Below, one piece after another: positions 27,910-37,209 of a stretch of DNA of 58,923 bases. Under the pieces are notes generated by a model. The model made no database searches, was not told the DNA's origin, and saw nothing but the letters and a program-made list of their open reading frames with translations. The number at the start of each line of letters is the position of its first letter. The first letter of the stretch is position 1. Source of the DNA: an uncultured Holosporaceae bacterium (lineage in GTDB: Bacteria; Pseudomonadota; Alphaproteobacteria; UBA3830); the NCBI GenBank assembly GCA_946538065.1, contig CAMNGH010000001.1:1-58923 (forward strand). The letters run 5' to 3'. A program made the position numbers and the translations under genes.

Positions 27910-29855
27910 CAGAGTAAATTTTGGATTTTTTGATCGGTTTCTTTAACCCACTGTTTGTACTTTTTCAGCACATCCTCCAAGCAATAATTGATAGCGACAG
28001 AATCGTATCCATTCAGTGGATCAACCCATCGATAAAGACGAAGCAACAAATTTGCCCTTTTATCTTTGGCTTCCTTAGGTTCAAAAAACAAACCAACCAT
28101 GGCGTTATTCGCCTTATATAAAACATAGCGGTCTAAAAAACGCCAAGATCTATCATTACTGACTTTGTATTTTTCCTTCAGCAATTTATTCAAATAATCA
28201 GCCATCTTTCTAGGATAAACTACACTGACAACGCATACCTTTTTGTTTTCATCAATAGCGACGCTTACTCGATCTACCGGTAAATTTCCGCTACTGAAAT
28301 CCTTAGGATCCAAAATCAAAATTTTAAGATTTGGTGCTGCGAAAATCTCAGGATTGTCCGCCAATCTGAATAAGTGAAAATAAGGTTCTTTCCACGTCTC
28401 TGAAGGTCTACCTTCCTTATCTGTGGTAAATTCATTTACAACTTTATATCGGAATCTAATTTCGTTTTCTGTTGTCTCGCCTAATTTTATATCGTACGGA
28501 GACGGATTCTGTGGCATAGAACGTACCTTTGATTCTAAATTAGAATATTCATCGCTCTGATATTCCAAAAAAGTTTTTGAACTATCAACAAAACAACGCA
28601 CCTTCTTTTTTGCTTTTTTACATAATATGTATTCCTTATCACGCTCCAATACTGAGTATTTTTTTGATAATCTTTTGCTTATATTTTTAAAACAATCATT
28701 GGAATAAAATAAAAGAACAGCTTGTACTGTATTTTTTTTGTCTACCAAAACTATCGCTTTTTGCAAAGAATTTTTTGAATTCAAATTTGAAACATTTAAC
28801 TGCAACGCCTTAAAATCTTCGAGCTCTTTTCTCATTTTTCCCAAATGCGGCGCTTCCATTACAATTTCATATTTTTGTTTCATTTCATCTTCTGTAGTAG
28901 TTCCTACGTTAATTCCTAACGGTTTCAAATCATCGACACCGTCGGATACCAGATTAACAGAAGTATTCTTGTCATTTGATTTATCGGCCTCTTTTACAGA
29001 TTCCGATGTTGTAAGACTCTGTAATAATGATTTTCTGTCTTCTAACTTATCTTTGTATTTATCAAATTCAGAATCCCAACAATGTATAGTAAGCCCTTTT
29101 CCTGATTTTTTGAGTTTTATCATTATACCGGCAGATTTGTATTCGACAGTAGTTAAGCCTTCTTTATGTTCTTCTTTACTTAATACGAAATCTTTAGAGA
29201 TATACTTACTCTTCACATAATCAAACGCACTCACAGATGCTTCCAACGAAATATTGTGAACTAATCCGTTTTCATCGCAAAATACGGTTACATCACCTAA
29301 CGGCAATTCTTTTGTTCCAAAGTCATTAGAATCGAAGACATACCCTTTCCAATTTTCTCCAACAAGTTTTTTTAAATACACTACACGTGTAGCCTGATAC
29401 TTTCCTTCCAAATCCTTTATTGTTGTGCGTCCTAATTCAATTCCGAGGATTTTAAAAGGCTCAGCGGGAGATTTTTCCGTAATTTTTTCGGTCGCAGATG
29501 TGCTTAAATCGGTTTCTGTATTTGTCGCATTTTCAGCACTATCAACCGCCCTTGCATCTTCGGATTCTGCGGGAACGCTCTCGTTTGGCTGTTGTTGAAC
29601 ATCGCTCTGCTGTTCTTCAACAGGTGTCTGAGTCTCAGCATTTTCTGTCTTCGTCGTTTCTCCATCAACTGATTTTTCTTCTTCGGGTTCTGCAGAAACG
29701 CTCTCGCTTGGTTGTTGAACTTCTTGCAATTCGTTAGTTGTATTTTGCTCTTCAATTAGTGTCGTAGCGTCTGCAGCACACGCTCCGTCTATCAGAAAAA
29801 TTCCGACGAAAAACATCAACCAAATTTTCAGTTTATTTATCTCACTTCCGCGCAT
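27909..29855 (-). CDS. large secreted modular protein, unknown function
   Basis: 648 aa with strong RBS AAGGAG and a signal peptide (IWLMFFVGIFLIDGACAADA). An acidic/Gln-rich duplicated segment precedes three ~150-aa modules, each opening with an LG(I)xxGxTTxxE(i/m)xxxY-type motif. Confidence 0.7.
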   Translation of the reverse strand: MRGSEINKLKIWLMFFVGIFLIDGACAADATTLIEEQNTTNELQEVQQPSESVSAEPEEEKSVDGETTKTENAETQTPVEEQQSDVQQQPNESVPAESEDARAVDSAENATNTETDLSTSATEKITEKSPAEPFKILGIELGRTTIKDLEGKYQATRVVYLKKLVGENWKGYVFDSNDFGTKELPLGDVTVFCDENGLVHNISLEASVSAFDYVKSKYISKDFVLSKEEHKEGLTTVEYKSAGIMIKLKKSGKGLTIHCWDSEFDKYKDKLEDRKSLLQSLTTSESVKEADKSNDKNTSVNLVSDGVDDLKPLGINVGTTTEDEMKQKYEIVMEAPHLGKMRKELEDFKALQLNVSNLNSKNSLQKAIVLVDKKNTVQAVLLFYSNDCFKNISKRLSKKYSVLERDKEYILCKKAKKKVRCFVDSSKTFLEYQSDEYSNLESKVRSMPQNPSPYDIKLGETTENEIRFRYKVVNEFTTDKEGRPSETWKEPYFHLFRLADNPEIFAAPNLKILILDPKDFSSGNLPVDRVSVAIDENKKVCVVSVVYPRKMADYLNKLLKEKYKVSNDRSWRFLDRYVLYKANNAMVGLFFEPKEAKDKRANLLLRLYRWVDPLNGYDSVAINYCLEDVLKKYKQWVKETDQKIQNLL

Positions 29856-30029
29856 TATTCTCTCCTTAAATATTTCACACAGCCCTGCTATTCTCCTTTA
29901 TAGCAAACCGAGATTAATAAAAAGTTAACTTACTCAAGAAAGTCAAACAATCATCGATGCAACGAATTATTTTGTGTTCACCGTTTCAGTAAATCATCTA
30001 GGCAATAACTAACCGTGACATAGTCATAA

Positions 30030-30333
30030 CCGCTTAGTGGCCCGATTCCCGAAAAAACGCGAGAAGGCACATTCGTGCCTTTGTTCTTCGATTCTTTAGA
30101 TTCAAGAAACAATCCGATAGTTGTATTCGGTGCTTTTAGAAAAAAGTAACGGAGACTTGGTCGGCATTGAAGTAAAATCGAAAAGTAGTGTCTCAGGTAA
30201 GGATTTTGATGGCATTAAAGAATTGAAAAATTCAGCAGGTTCGTCATTTAAATGTGGTATTGTTTTATATCTGGGAAATACTACTGTACCGTTCGCACAA
30301 GACATGTACGCCGTTTCGATACAGGCACTCTAA
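30030..30333 (+). pseudogene. decayed C-terminal remnant of an AAA-ATPase with DUF4143 domain
   Basis: ORF 30121-30333 translates to ..LLEKSNGDLVGIEVKSKSSVSGKDFDGIKELK..FKCGIVLYLGNTTVPF, the typical DUF4143 C-terminus. Upstream sequence only reads through in other frames with stops, and no ATPase domain is present. Confidence 0.5.
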
Positions 30334-30398
30334 CTCCTCATCGCGCGAATTATCTCTCTTAAATCAATGACTTCTTCAATTTTACTTTTGTTGTTTTT

Positions 30399-30474
30399 GC
30401 AGATTTAACATTTCGTGTTAAAATTTATAACAGTTGGTGTTAAAAATGAAATCAAGCCTATATTCCAACTGGTT
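30399..30474. repeat. ~76-bp intergenic direct repeat, copy B
   Basis: See copy A. Lies 10 nt 3' of the stop of the CckA-like kinase gene. Confidence 0.85.
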
Positions 30475-30484
30475 ATAAGCACTT

Positions 30485-32965
30485 TTATCCCAATACTTCT
30501 TTGACTTTGCTTGCCAGCTCTTTCAGGTTGAACGGTTTAGGTAAGAAGTGAACTCTGCTGTCATTAGCGATTGATTCGCGGAAGCTGTCTTCTGTATATC
30601 CCGAAATGAATATCACTTTCATCTTCGGATTATATTCTTTGATTTGCTTCATAAGGGTCGGACCGTCCATTTTCGGCATGACGACGTCTGTAACTATTAA
30701 GTCTATGGTTTCCGCGCCTTTTTTGATGAACTCCAATGCGGATTCGCCGTTTGACGCTTCAATGACACGATATCCTTTGTCTCTCAATGCGCGCGAACTG
30801 AACATCCTAACTGCATCTTCATCTTCTACAAGTAAAATTGTTCCCGTTCCTGTAAGATCGGCGACTTTATGCTCTGTGGCCGCTTCTTTCTGATTAATCT
30901 CCTCGGCTTCCTGTCCCGTTATCATTGGGAAATACAGGCTGAATTTTGTACCGACTCCGACTTCGCTCTCCACGGAAATAAATCCGCCCGTCTGATTGAC
31001 GATTCCGTACACCGTGGACAGTCCGAGTCCCGTTCCGTGCCCTTTTTCCTTCGTCGAGAAGAACGGATCGAAGATTCGATTCAGTTGGGCGTTATCTATT
31101 CCGCAACCTGTATCCGCAACTTCAATCAAAACATATTTACCCGGAGGCATTGTGTCGCCCCTTAGGAACTTGGATTCTTTTGAAATATACGGCGACGTTT
31201 GAATCGTAAGAGTTCCTCCGTCTTTCATCGCGTCTCTGGCGTTAACAGCGAGGTTCATAATGACTTGCTCAAATTGAATTTGATCGACTTTTACAAAACC
31301 TAAGTCGCGACCGTGAATGACTTTTAACGTGACTTTTGCGCCAAGCAGTCGTTTCAGTAATGCCGACAATTCGCTAATCATATCCGTAACGCTTAATGTT
31401 TTCGGTTGCAATGTTTGTTGACGCGAAAATGCTAATAACTGCCTGACTAAATTTGATGCCCTGTTTGCATTTTGCTTTATCTGCATGACGTCGTTAAACG
31501 ATTGGTCAGATGGAATGTATTTCTCCAGTAATAAATCACAGTAACCAATCATCGCTGTCAACAGGTTATTGAAATCGTGAGCAATACCACCGGCCAATTG
31601 CCCAACTGCTTGCATTTTCTGCGACTGAACAAATTGATGTTGTAGTTCTTTGCGCTCTGTAATGTCGATAAAGTACATTACCAGGCCATCGTTATCTTTA
31701 GTGCGTTTGCTCTCATCAATTTTGGTGACGTACACCATGACAGATTTTTGCGGCTGAGTTTTGAACTGTATTTCAAACGGCGCAATTGAACGATAAACAG
31801 CATTCATCAATTGATATAATTTTTCCCTCACGACCTCTCTATCGTTTTCTGAAAGGTAATTCAAAAACGAAGTATTTTCGACGTTTTCCTGATTAATAAT
31901 TGTTCTGAACGCGCGATTGCTTGCATTAATAACTTCTGCACCATCAGTGATAATAATTCCGACAGGAGCATCTTCGAAGATATGTTCAAAATACAGTTTC
32001 GTTTTACCTAATGCCTGAATTAAATCATCGCTTTGCTGAACTTCACGCGTTATCATGTAAATAGTGAGATCGTCTTTTGTTTTCAATGTTTTCTTCATAA
32101 CGACTTCAATGCCGTCGCTAATTTCCGATTTCAATGTAACTTTTACCGGTAAGGCGTTTGTTAATTTACCGTACGTAGTTGACGGCACCAGCTCTTCGCT
32201 TTTTTCCTTAATAATAAATTTATCAAGACTATTGTTTATGATGTTTTCAACTTTGCTCCCCAACCAATATGAAAAAGTGTTATTGCAAAATACGATTTCA
32301 TTTTCTTCGTTAACGCAAAGGTATCCTACATTTGAGCTATTAATAATTTCCAATAAAAAATTACTACTGGTTTCAAGAGAATCTATCTTATTGCTTGACG
32401 GGGTTAAATCAATAATAGTCCAGCCGAAGAACCCTTTATGTTCTGGCAACGGTGATACTGAAATTCGCCACAACGCCGTACTGTCCGAATGCAAATCCAT
32501 TGGGACATCTATGTGAGACTGCTTTTGATTTTCCGCAGCGATTTGCAAATTGTGAATTGCCTCAACGACTTTCGGATATTTTCCGAAACACAAAATAAAA
32601 TCTTCTATTGTTCTTATGCGAAATCCCGGAAATAAATTCTGCGCTACTCTGTTAACAAACACGCACTTTCCGTTTTCGGCGAACACAAAAAACGCGAACA
32701 TCGCTGCGTCAAATCCATTAGTTGCAATGCTTTTTTGAAAAGTCACAAGGTGATTATGCGCATGCATCTTTTTTATCTCTCTCGAAAACGAAAGACATAT
32801 TAATCCTGTTGTGAGAGTGGCAATTACAGCGGAATAATTATCCTCGGCAATTCCGGTAATAATGGCAAACAACAAAAAAAACAGAAATACGCATATCAAA
32901 AGCACATGTTTAAACGGTATTTGTTTCTTAGATAAAAATTTTTCTAAATCAATAAAAAAATCCAT
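30485..32965 (-). CDS. cckA: hybrid sensor histidine kinase/response regulator, CckA-like
   Basis: 826 aa with N-terminal TM helices, PAS-like regions, an H-box (GQLAGGIAHDFNNLLTAMIGYCDLLL), HATPase N/G boxes (NLAVNARDAM, DTGCGI, GTGLGLS) and a C-terminal receiver (ILLVEDEDAVR...DLIVTDVVMP...KPF). The H-box and architecture match alphaproteobacterial CckA. The orthology call is inference. Confidence 0.6.
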   Translation of the reverse strand: MDFFIDLEKFLSKKQIPFKHVLLICVFLFFLLFAIITGIAEDNYSAVIATLTTGLICLSFSREIKKMHAHNHLVTFQKSIATNGFDAAMFAFFVFAENGKCVFVNRVAQNLFPGFRIRTIEDFILCFGKYPKVVEAIHNLQIAAENQKQSHIDVPMDLHSDSTALWRISVSPLPEHKGFFGWTIIDLTPSSNKIDSLETSSNFLLEIINSSNVGYLCVNEENEIVFCNNTFSYWLGSKVENIINNSLDKFIIKEKSEELVPSTTYGKLTNALPVKVTLKSEISDGIEVVMKKTLKTKDDLTIYMITREVQQSDDLIQALGKTKLYFEHIFEDAPVGIIITDGAEVINASNRAFRTIINQENVENTSFLNYLSENDREVVREKLYQLMNAVYRSIAPFEIQFKTQPQKSVMVYVTKIDESKRTKDNDGLVMYFIDITERKELQHQFVQSQKMQAVGQLAGGIAHDFNNLLTAMIGYCDLLLEKYIPSDQSFNDVMQIKQNANRASNLVRQLLAFSRQQTLQPKTLSVTDMISELSALLKRLLGAKVTLKVIHGRDLGFVKVDQIQFEQVIMNLAVNARDAMKDGGTLTIQTSPYISKESKFLRGDTMPPGKYVLIEVADTGCGIDNAQLNRIFDPFFSTKEKGHGTGLGLSTVYGIVNQTGGFISVESEVGVGTKFSLYFPMITGQEAEEINQKEAATEHKVADLTGTGTILLVEDEDAVRMFSSRALRDKGYRVIEASNGESALEFIKKGAETIDLIVTDVVMPKMDGPTLMKQIKEYNPKMKVIFISGYTEDSFRESIANDSRVHFLPKPFNLKELASKVKEVLG

Positions 32966-32973
32966 TCTTCCCC

Positions 32974-33873
32974 TTAGTCGCCGGTTCCTTCTTCTAATCT
33001 AACTTTTGACGCAATAAATGCAACAATTAATATAAAACTTATCAATAATAAATACGCGCCTGACGTTATATGGATAAAATCTGCAAACAGCATTTTCAGT
33101 CCAACAATGCATAATATTACGCCGACACCGTATTTTAAATAACGGAATTTATCGATAGCTATAGCGAACGACATATACAGAGAACGTAGTCCGATAATTG
33201 CTAAAGCATTAGATGTGTAAATTATCAATTTATCCGAAGTGACGGAAAACAACGCGGGAATAGAATCGAATGCAAACACGATATCGCAAATTTCTATGAA
33301 AAATACAATAACGAAAAGAATCGTCGCATGCAGTTTTCCGTTTTCATATACAAATAAATTACCGTTATGTTTTCCATCGTATACATGAATATACTTTTTT
33401 ATAAATTGTATCTGAGAATTAATATCCTTCTTTTTTTCTCCAAAAGTTTGAATGCCTGCGTATAGAATCAGTCCGCCGAAAATGTATATTGTCCAACTGA
33501 AGACTGCCAGCAATTTTCCTACAGCAAAAATCATGATTGCGCGCAAAATTAACGCACTCCATATACCGATGAACAGAAGTTTATGCTGATATTTTCTTTC
33601 AATACCGAATTGCGAAAATATCATGAAGAACACGAATATATTATCAATACTGAGAGATTTTTCCACGAAGTACGATGTCAGATAATCATACGCCGAATCG
33701 ATACCAAACATACCGTAAATTACTGCGGAAAATCCAAGTCCGGCAATTATCCAAGATATGGTCAATATGATGGCACAACGCGCGGACGAATTAAGCGATA
33801 AAATTACGAAATCCGCAATGATAAACAGCAAAATCGCAAGATTAAAAACTGTAAAAAAAACTAAACTACTCAA
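32974..33873 (-). CDS. TerC family integral membrane protein
   Basis: 299 aa, polytopic, with TerC-type motifs (EKSLSIDNIFVF, FAFDSIPALF). TTG start. Confidence 0.8.
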   Translation of the reverse strand: MSSLVFFTVFNLAILLFIIADFVILSLNSSARCAIILTISWIIAGLGFSAVIYGMFGIDSAYDYLTSYFVEKSLSIDNIFVFFMIFSQFGIERKYQHKLLFIGIWSALILRAIMIFAVGKLLAVFSWTIYIFGGLILYAGIQTFGEKKKDINSQIQFIKKYIHVYDGKHNGNLFVYENGKLHATILFVIVFFIEICDIVFAFDSIPALFSVTSDKLIIYTSNALAIIGLRSLYMSFAIAIDKFRYLKYGVGVILCIVGLKMLFADFIHITSGAYLLLISFILIVAFIASKVRLEEGTGD

Positions 33874-33954
33874 GCCCGCACTCTTTCATACGAACTTATT
33901 GTAATTTTTAATTAAATATAAAACAACCACCTGAATTTCAGATACAAAAATTTC

Positions 33955-34698
33955 TCAAAGGAAAGCGGGACTCTGAGAAAAACTTACGTTACATCGTGTT
34001 TTTTTGAAAAGTGTATATCCATCAGGCTGATGCCCCTCATTAATAAAACCATCTTCTTTTAATTTCGTTTGCAATGGTTCATTTAACATATCCTTACTGA
34101 TTTTTACGATTTTTACATTGCTTGGAATTGTTAATAATGTCACTTCACCTATCAATCTTAGAGCTAAGAATTCAAGCCCAGAGAATGATGCCAACTGTTC
34201 TGATAGTATACTCGCTTTGTCCCTATCGACAGAGATATTTTCAAGAGATAAACCTTTTAATTTTTCTGAGTTTATTGCTTGTAACATTGCTTGAGCTAAA
34301 CGGTAATTAGTATTTTCTAATTTTAAGAACTCAACTTTCTGGCCTTCCAATATCTCTGGATTCATTGCTGGATTACCTACAAAAAACCAATTAACAAGAG
34401 ACGAATCATCTTTCAGTGCACCTTTCAGGTCTTTTAAAGAAGTTGGGCTTAAAGCTCCATCTATTGTTATTTCAGTAGTTATGTTTTTTCTTATAGCTTC
34501 AATAAAACAGCTAGGTATTTTATCTCTTTCATTGCGCGCCTCTCTGTAATCTGGAGGAAGTTCGACTGGCATTGGACTTCTACTACTTAAAGATGGTACA
34601 TCTTCTCTACCCGGAATCGGTTTATCTGACATTCCCCAAGAATCAAACGAAAATACGCAGATAAAAGAGATTGCCGTTAAAGCTTTTTTTGTGTTCAC
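33955..34698 (-). CDS. secreted hypothetical protein with RI-like leucine-rich-repeat character
   Basis: 247 aa with a GTG start (GGAG 7 nt upstream) and a signal peptide. The segment KVEFLKLENTNYRLAQAMLQAINSEKLKGLSLENISVDRDKASILSEQLASFSGLEFLAL has the ~28-aa LxxLxLxxNxI...A..L periodicity of ribonuclease-inhibitor-type LRRs. Confidence 0.5.
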   Translation of the reverse strand: MNTKKALTAISFICVFSFDSWGMSDKPIPGREDVPSLSSRSPMPVELPPDYREARNERDKIPSCFIEAIRKNITTEITIDGALSPTSLKDLKGALKDDSSLVNWFFVGNPAMNPEILEGQKVEFLKLENTNYRLAQAMLQAINSEKLKGLSLENISVDRDKASILSEQLASFSGLEFLALRLIGEVTLLTIPSNVKIVKISKDMLNEPLQTKLKEDGFINEGHQPDGYTLFKKTRCNVSFSQSPAFL

Positions 34699-34773
34699 AT
34701 TTCATCTCCATCATTAAGCAAACTTATCCTTAAAGTTATTGGCATTCTCTATCCATATTGTAGAACGATTTTA

Positions 34774-35115
34774 TTAAATAAAATCTCTTACTATATCGAA
34801 TGTTTTACATGCCATATCTATTTCTTCTTCTGTCGGAACGCGATCATAATCATTCTCTTCATTCGGAAATGTCGCATACAACCATATTTTACAAAACAAG
34901 TTTTCAAATCCATTAACGCCAGCTATAAAACGGGCATACTCTACTGGCATATATCCTGAATAAACGTTTTGTATAAGAGGACAACACATTACAGCATTTT
35001 GATAGAATTCGTCTCTATCTTCATCATACTTATCAATAGACCAAGCTTTCTCAGCGCATCCATTTATAAATAACGCTATAAGTACCGATTTAATTAACGC
35101 TGTTTTTATTGGCAT
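34774..35115 (-). CDS. small putative lipoprotein, unknown function
   Basis: ATG at 35115 with GGAGAGAGAA upstream. Lipobox-like LFINGC, ~113 aa. No recognisable family. Confidence 0.5.
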   Translation of the reverse strand: MPIKTALIKSVLIALFINGCAEKAWSIDKYDEDRDEFYQNAVMCCPLIQNVYSGYMPVEYARFIAGVNGFENLFCKIWLYATFPNEENDYDRVPTEEEIDMACKTFDIVRDFI

Positions 35116-35192
35116 TTCTCTCTCCGATCTTTTGCGAAGAACGTTATTCAAACTTCTTTCTTCTGTAAAGACTAAAAGATAATTTTTTCTCT

Positions 35193-35633
35193 TTACTCGT
35201 CGTTAACGCCCCAGAGTTCTTCTTTTTTCATCCAGCCTTTAATTTTATGTGTTTCTATCTTTACCCAGTCCTTGTCTTTTTTCATAACCCTAACTATGAC
35301 ATTTTTTTCAACTCTTGCAATCGGCTGAGATTTTGATGCGTACTTATAAAGAATCGATACATCTTTGGTAACTATTGCTGTGTTTTTGCGAGATAGCATA
35401 TTTTGATGAACCCAACCTTCTGTTCCATCGATAAAACGCACTTTTCGCCATTGATTAAACTCGGCAACAAATACCATAGGTAAATCCGGCATTAAGAAGA
35501 CCCAACTTACCGGATACTCCGTTCCGGGACCAACTCGCATATTTACTTCAGATGACTTCAGGCTCACAAACTGCGCAACGCACATTATATTTGTAACGCA
35601 ACAAAGCAATGCAATATATAACAAGCGCCTCAT
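35193..35633 (-). CDS. SH3b-domain protein (COG3807/DUF1058-like)
   Basis: Signal peptide followed by LKSSEVNMRVGPGTEYPVSWVF...WRKVRFIDGTEGWVHQNML and a second SH3-like half (WVKIETHKIKGWMKKEELWG). ATG at 35633 preferred over the TTG at 35648. Confidence 0.75.
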   Translation of the reverse strand: MRRLLYIALLCCVTNIMCVAQFVSLKSSEVNMRVGPGTEYPVSWVFLMPDLPMVFVAEFNQWRKVRFIDGTEGWVHQNMLSRKNTAIVTKDVSILYKYASKSQPIARVEKNVIVRVMKKDKDWVKIETHKIKGWMKKEELWGVNDE

Positions 35634-35706
35634 GTGATAACTTCTCAAAAAACAACCTGAATGATATCACAAACTTTGCTTATGGCAAAATTTTTTCGTC
35701 GATTTG

Positions 35707-37209
35707 CTACATTCTTCTGTAGCCTAGTGCTTCAGATATTTGCAGTTTATCAATTGAATCTGCTCCTGCAATATCTGCTAACGTTCGAGCCAACTTAACT
35801 ATTCTGTAGTATCCTCGCGCCGAAATCTTAGCTTTATCTATACATCTGTATAAAATTTCTTTTGCGCCATCTGTTAGGTATTTTTCTAATTCATGTCCAT
35901 CTGCTTCAGCATTGGTACTAAACGAAAGATTTTTATAACGTTCCGCTTGAATTTCTCTCGCCTGAATTACCCTCTTTCTTACGTCACAAGATGTTTCAAT
36001 ACTGGATTTATCTTGGGCAAAATCAGCAACAGTTACATCTGGAACATCTACAAATATATCTATTCTGTCCAACAATGGACCAGAAATTTTCCGCATATAT
36101 TCTTCACCACAACGAGGCGCTCGCGTACATTCTTTTTGCGGATTTCCCAAATAACCGCAACGGCATGGATTCATCGCTGCGATTAACTGAATTCGTGCAG
36201 GGTATGTAACATGATTATTTGCCCTGGAAATAGTAATATCTCCTGTTTCAAGAGGTTGACGCAATGCTTCTAACGCAGCGCGACTAAACTCTGGAAGCTC
36301 ATCTAGAAACAACACTCCTCGATGCGCAAGTGAAATTTCTCCCGGTTTTGCATTAGCTCCACCTCCGACAAGTGCAGGCAACGACGCTGAATGATGCGGT
36401 GCTCTGTATGGCCTGTCCACGATTAATCCTACATTATTTACCTGCCCTGCCAAACTATGAATCATCGTAACTTCCAGAGCTTCCTGCGGAGTAATTGGAG
36501 GAAGAATGCTCGGAATACGCGACGCCAGAAGAGATTTACCAACCCCCGGAGGTCCGAGCATCAGCATATTGTGCGCACCTGCTGCTGCAACTTCCAACGC
36601 ACGTTTAGCAACGATTTGCCCTTTAATATCGCTCAAACAACCACAACTCATTTGTCGAATTGTATTTTCGGTATTCTGAATTGTAACTCGCGGAAGAATT
36701 TGCGTACCGTTAAAATGATTCACTAGCTCCAACACACTAGCAGGTGCTAAAATTACGTTATCTCCTGCCCATGCCGCTTCCTGTCCACACTCTTGAGGAC
36801 AAATTAAAACTTTATTTGATGATTTCGCAAAAATAGCGGCCGGTAAAACTCCAAGCACTTTTGCAATTGAGCCATCTAACGACAACTCACCGAGTGCTAC
36901 TACATTATCGACTTCTTCCTGCGGAATAATGCCCATAGCAACCAGCAACGCTAAAGCTATCGGCAAATCATAATGGCTACCTTCCTTTTGAACATCTGCC
37001 GGAGCTAAATTTACCGTGATACGTTTTGAAGGCAGAGATATTCCCATCGAAAATAAACAGGCACGTATACGTTCTCTGGATTCTGCAACAGTTTTATCAG
37101 GTAATCCGACAATCGTAAAACTCGGAAGTCCATTAAGCATCTGCAACTGCACATCAATTTCTATTGTAGAAATTCCTAAAAATGATACAGTCTTGACGCT
37201 TGCATGCAT
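35707..37209 (-). CDS. comM: Mg-chelatase-like AAA+ ATPase YifB/ComM
   Basis: 500 aa with a Lon-like N-domain, Walker A (GPPGVGKS), Walker B (GVLFLDELPEF) and a CRCGYLG zinc motif. Confidence 0.9.
   Translation of the reverse strand: MHASVKTVSFLGISTIEIDVQLQMLNGLPSFTIVGLPDKTVAESRERIRACLFSMGISLPSKRITVNLAPADVQKEGSHYDLPIALALLVAMGIIPQEEVDNVVALGELSLDGSIAKVLGVLPAAIFAKSSNKVLICPQECGQEAAWAGDNVILAPASVLELVNHFNGTQILPRVTIQNTENTIRQMSCGCLSDIKGQIVAKRALEVAAAGAHNMLMLGPPGVGKSLLASRIPSILPPITPQEALEVTMIHSLAGQVNNVGLIVDRPYRAPHHSASLPALVGGGANAKPGEISLAHRGVLFLDELPEFSRAALEALRQPLETGDITISRANNHVTYPARIQLIAAMNPCRCGYLGNPQKECTRAPRCGEEYMRKISGPLLDRIDIFVDVPDVTVADFAQDKSSIETSCDVRKRVIQAREIQAERYKNLSFSTNAEADGHELEKYLTDGAKEILYRCIDKAKISARGYYRIVKLARTLADIAGADSIDKLQISEALGYRRM

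Noticed and set aside
28738-29220. 160-aa plus-strand ORF; same class applies to 32064-32516, 24010-24438, 24306-24716, 37016-37402, 14884-15273 and 6754-7146
   Set aside because: All lie antisense to confidently identified or better-supported minus-strand genes. They have the Ser/Phe/Leu-rich composition expected from reverse frames of AT-rich coding DNA.
30102-30305. 67-aa minus-strand ORF in the islet
   Set aside because: Antisense to the DUF4143-like remnant, which has recognisable family motifs. It has no RBS or motif support of its own.
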